DNA of 35,139 bases from a virus (taxonomy: Duplodnaviria > Caudoviricetes), in IMG/VR virus record IMGVR_UViG_3300037295_000002, positions 1 to 35,139 of that record, one strand, 5' to 3'. The translations under genes and the position numbers were made by a program. This document shows positions 33,245-35,139 of this stretch, in pieces; positions within the stretch are counted from its first letter, which is position 1, and each line of letters starts with the position of its first letter. The notes beneath the pieces are model-generated. The model saw nothing but the letters and a program-made list of their open reading frames with translations, was not told the DNA's origin and did no database searches.

Positions 33245-34653
33245 TAAAATATGTCTCCAATTATATCAATCAAATTTTTCTTCAAATCAGGTAGTAAAGA
33301 TTTCTTTATACGAAGCGGAGCACCAAAGTTAGGCACTTGTCCATTTACATAAAAGCTTGCTTCTTTACCCATGCCGTCACGTATCAGCTCAAGAGACATT
33401 GTATATTCACGGTTCTTTATATAATGTCTAATAGCAGATATTAAATACTTGCCAGAATTAACCTTATCATTTATATCTTCGCTTACACCTAGGTTAGGCG
33501 AAAATCTAGGGAAAAGAACATCAACTGTTTTACCGGCCTCAAGTTCAGTAACAGAGTTCATATGAACATGCACTGATGTAGTATTTAACCGTTTCATATA
33601 TGACTTCATTGATGCAAACACATTTGGGTCAACATCATTTAAGTTTGGAAAGTCATCATATGCTAGCGTGTTCTTATGTTGTACATGTAGTTTAGTTGAC
33701 CTAATACCATTTACACGAACACCATTTGACCCTGGAATGTCTTCAGAGTTTGGCACATTCTCAAATGCAAAGAATGAAGTAATCCAGTCATTTGAAATTG
33801 GTGGAGCATGCTTTCTAAAATCAAAATCCGTAATGTCAGCCATCTGTTTACCAATATCAACCGATATGGTCTGTGCACCAAAAGAACCTTGGCCAATATG
33901 ATCTAGTGTATCATATGCTTTTGTGATAGCCATCTGGAAGGCCTGATTACGATAGGCCTTCATATTTGCTGCCCCAGATTTATTATTATCAGAATTGACT
34001 ACATTCTTTGGTTCAATAGTCATTACAGGTTCTTGGTCCAGCATTCCTTTCATTGAATTTAAATGTGTCTTATTACTATATAAAGTTTCAAATACAAATA
34101 TAGGAGTGCCATCTTCTGCTGGTGTAGTACGCTGTATCATATTGATAGCAGCAATAGGTTTGATATATGGAAATACAATGTTATGTGAAAGCAGACCAGT
34201 CGTAGTCGTAGCAATGTCTTCTTGTAAGTATTCTTTATGAATACGTTTTATAATATCAACAGAATTGCCTTTATATGATTTAGAAAAAAGACAGAATGCA
34301 TTACGCATTTGTTTTTCTGAAGTAAAATTTAATGTGTATGTACCAGTGGAATCATTAATCTGAGATGCATCTGCTACATCAGTAATATAAAATTCTGTTT
34401 CAACCTTTGCATCTTCACGTTCCCAAATAAGACGTAGCTTTTCTTGACCTACAAATGGAAAAGTCGATAACATAGCAGATGTATCAATCAGTACTAAGTC
34501 ACCATACATGAATGGTGTATAGATTGATTCATAAATTGAAATTTCTGTAATTTCATTTGTAATCTCAATCGTGTTACCATTGTATTTAGTTATTATTGCA
34601 GTCAGTGATCTGAACTTACGCGGGGCAACTTTAGCTAAATTTGGATCTACCAT
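33244..34653 (-). CDS. Baseplate hub protein (gp27-like)
   Basis: ISIYESIYTPFMYGDLVLID...FPFVGQEKL at the N-terminus and SGKYLISAIRH...LELIRD at the C-terminus. Lies between gp53 and gp5. Confidence 0.72.
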   Translation of the reverse strand: MVDPNLAKVAPRKFRSLTAIITKYNGNTIEITNEITEISIYESIYTPFMYGDLVLIDTSAMLSTFPFVGQEKLRLIWEREDAKVETEFYITDVADASQINDSTGTYTLNFTSEKQMRNAFCLFSKSYKGNSVDIIKRIHKEYLQEDIATTTTGLLSHNIVFPYIKPIAAINMIQRTTPAEDGTPIFVFETLYSNKTHLNSMKGMLDQEPVMTIEPKNVVNSDNNKSGAANMKAYRNQAFQMAITKAYDTLDHIGQGSFGAQTISVDIGKQMADITDFDFRKHAPPISNDWITSFFAFENVPNSEDIPGSNGVRVNGIRSTKLHVQHKNTLAYDDFPNLNDVDPNVFASMKSYMKRLNTTSVHVHMNSVTELEAGKTVDVLFPRFSPNLGVSEDINDKVNSGKYLISAIRHYIKNREYTMSLELIRDGMGKEASFYVNGQVPNFGAPLRIKKSLLPDLKKNLIDIIGDIF

Positions 34654-35139
34654 TATCTTTTCATCTCACGTTCAAAGCTATTTACGACTGCATATATACT
34701 TTCTGGTTTAATTATTCTGATCTGACTTCGTATATCATTTAGTGTTGTTTCATATTCAAGTATTGTAACTTGTGTAACCATATCTGTTGCATTCCATCTT
34801 ACCCATTCATCGGCCTCATTTAAATAATGATGTGGCCCCGCATAACCTTCTAATACATTTGCAATTTGTATTGTATCACCAGATGTACTTCCAGTCAATG
34901 CGAATGTCTGATTAGTTGGAAAAGAATCTTCTGATGTGACCGTAACAGTTAAGTAACCTAGTGTCGGAAACTTTTGCTCAATCACACCAGTATATAATCC
35001 AAAGGTAACAACTTCTCCAATATTAAACTTGCCAGCTAATGATTCACCAGCGGCTAACTTTAGAGCCTTCCAAGGATATAGACCGCTCAGATAGTTTATT
35101 AAGTCTGCATTATATTCTTTTGGAAGATCACGATATGTA
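34653..35139 (-). CDS. gp53: Baseplate wedge protein gp53-like (5' end beyond window)
   Basis: The frame stays open past the track start (34985) to the window end: ...YRDLPKEYNADLINYLSGLYP... The C-terminus PHHY...TILEYE..LND.RSQIRIIKP...F is typical of gp53. Confidence 0.8.
   Translation of the reverse strand, partial: TYRDLPKEYNADLINYLSGLYPWKALKLAAGESLAGKFNIGEVVTFGLYTGVIEQKFPTLGYLTVTVTSEDSFPTNQTFALTGSTSGDTIQIANVLEGYAGPHHYLNEADEWVRWNATDMVTQVTILEYETTLNDIRSQIRIIKPESIYAVVNSFEREMKR

Noticed and set aside
354-34240. Numerous short ORFs antisense or out of frame within long genes (e.g. 354-617, 2285-2605, 4946-5215, 6814-7227, 17075-17425, 29115-29579, 31869-32300)
   Set aside because: They are shadows of the real genes' codon bias, with no recognisable motifs, SD sites or promoters. 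The similarity of 2285-2605 to the A2 tail is just the antisense of the B gene start.
1-35139. Stop-codon reassignment, introns, inteins or homing endonucleases
   Set aside because: Genes tile the window under the standard code with tight couplings and use TAA, TAG and TGA as stops. No split genes or endonuclease/intein motifs were seen.
1-35139. tRNA, CRISPR array or Rho-independent terminators
   Set aside because: The only sizeable intergenic spaces are the two 106-nt AT-rich promoter regions. No cloverleaf, spaced repeat array or GC hairpin followed by a U-tract was found by eye.
24033-35139. Bacterial contractile injection system (T6SS/eCIS/tailocin), given PAAR, gp5, gp25 and gp6
   Set aside because: T4-specific gp7, gp8 and gp53, the VrlC-like gene and gp55-type TATAAATA promoters indicate a T4-like phage.

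Overview
This AT-rich window is a virion-morphogenesis region of a T4-like myovirus, probably an environmental cyanophage/pelagiphage-type lineage; the host cannot be determined from the sequence. Almost all genes lie on the minus strand. From right to left: gp53 (partial), a gp27-like hub, gp5 without a lysozyme domain, a protein with an M15-type peptidoglycan peptidase domain, a hypothetical, PAAR (gp5.4), gp25, gp6, a short gp7, gp8 and a 2109-aa VrlC/DUF4815-like virion protein. An accessory fibre/receptor-binding cluster follows: a beta-helix protein, two large paralogues, a leucine-rich-repeat protein, a 326-aa protein and a PA14-like protein on the opposite strand. The left end has small fibre-associated genes and a tail-fibre gene that runs off the window and is missing from the ORF track. 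Several T4 late promoters (TATAAATA) are present. Three observations stand out. (1) The LRR, 326-aa and PA14-like proteins share N-terminal and distal sequence motifs, suggesting a heteromeric fibre scaffold carrying LRR and lectin-like modules. (2) At about 1415-2390 a divergent gene-pair junction and its -/+/- late-promoter triplet occur twice as diverged copies fused at about 1935, which looks like a recent non-homologous recombination scar between two related phages. (3) A separate M15 peptidase protein appears to stand in for the gp5 lysozyme. All family assignments come from motif recognition and gene order; no searches were run.
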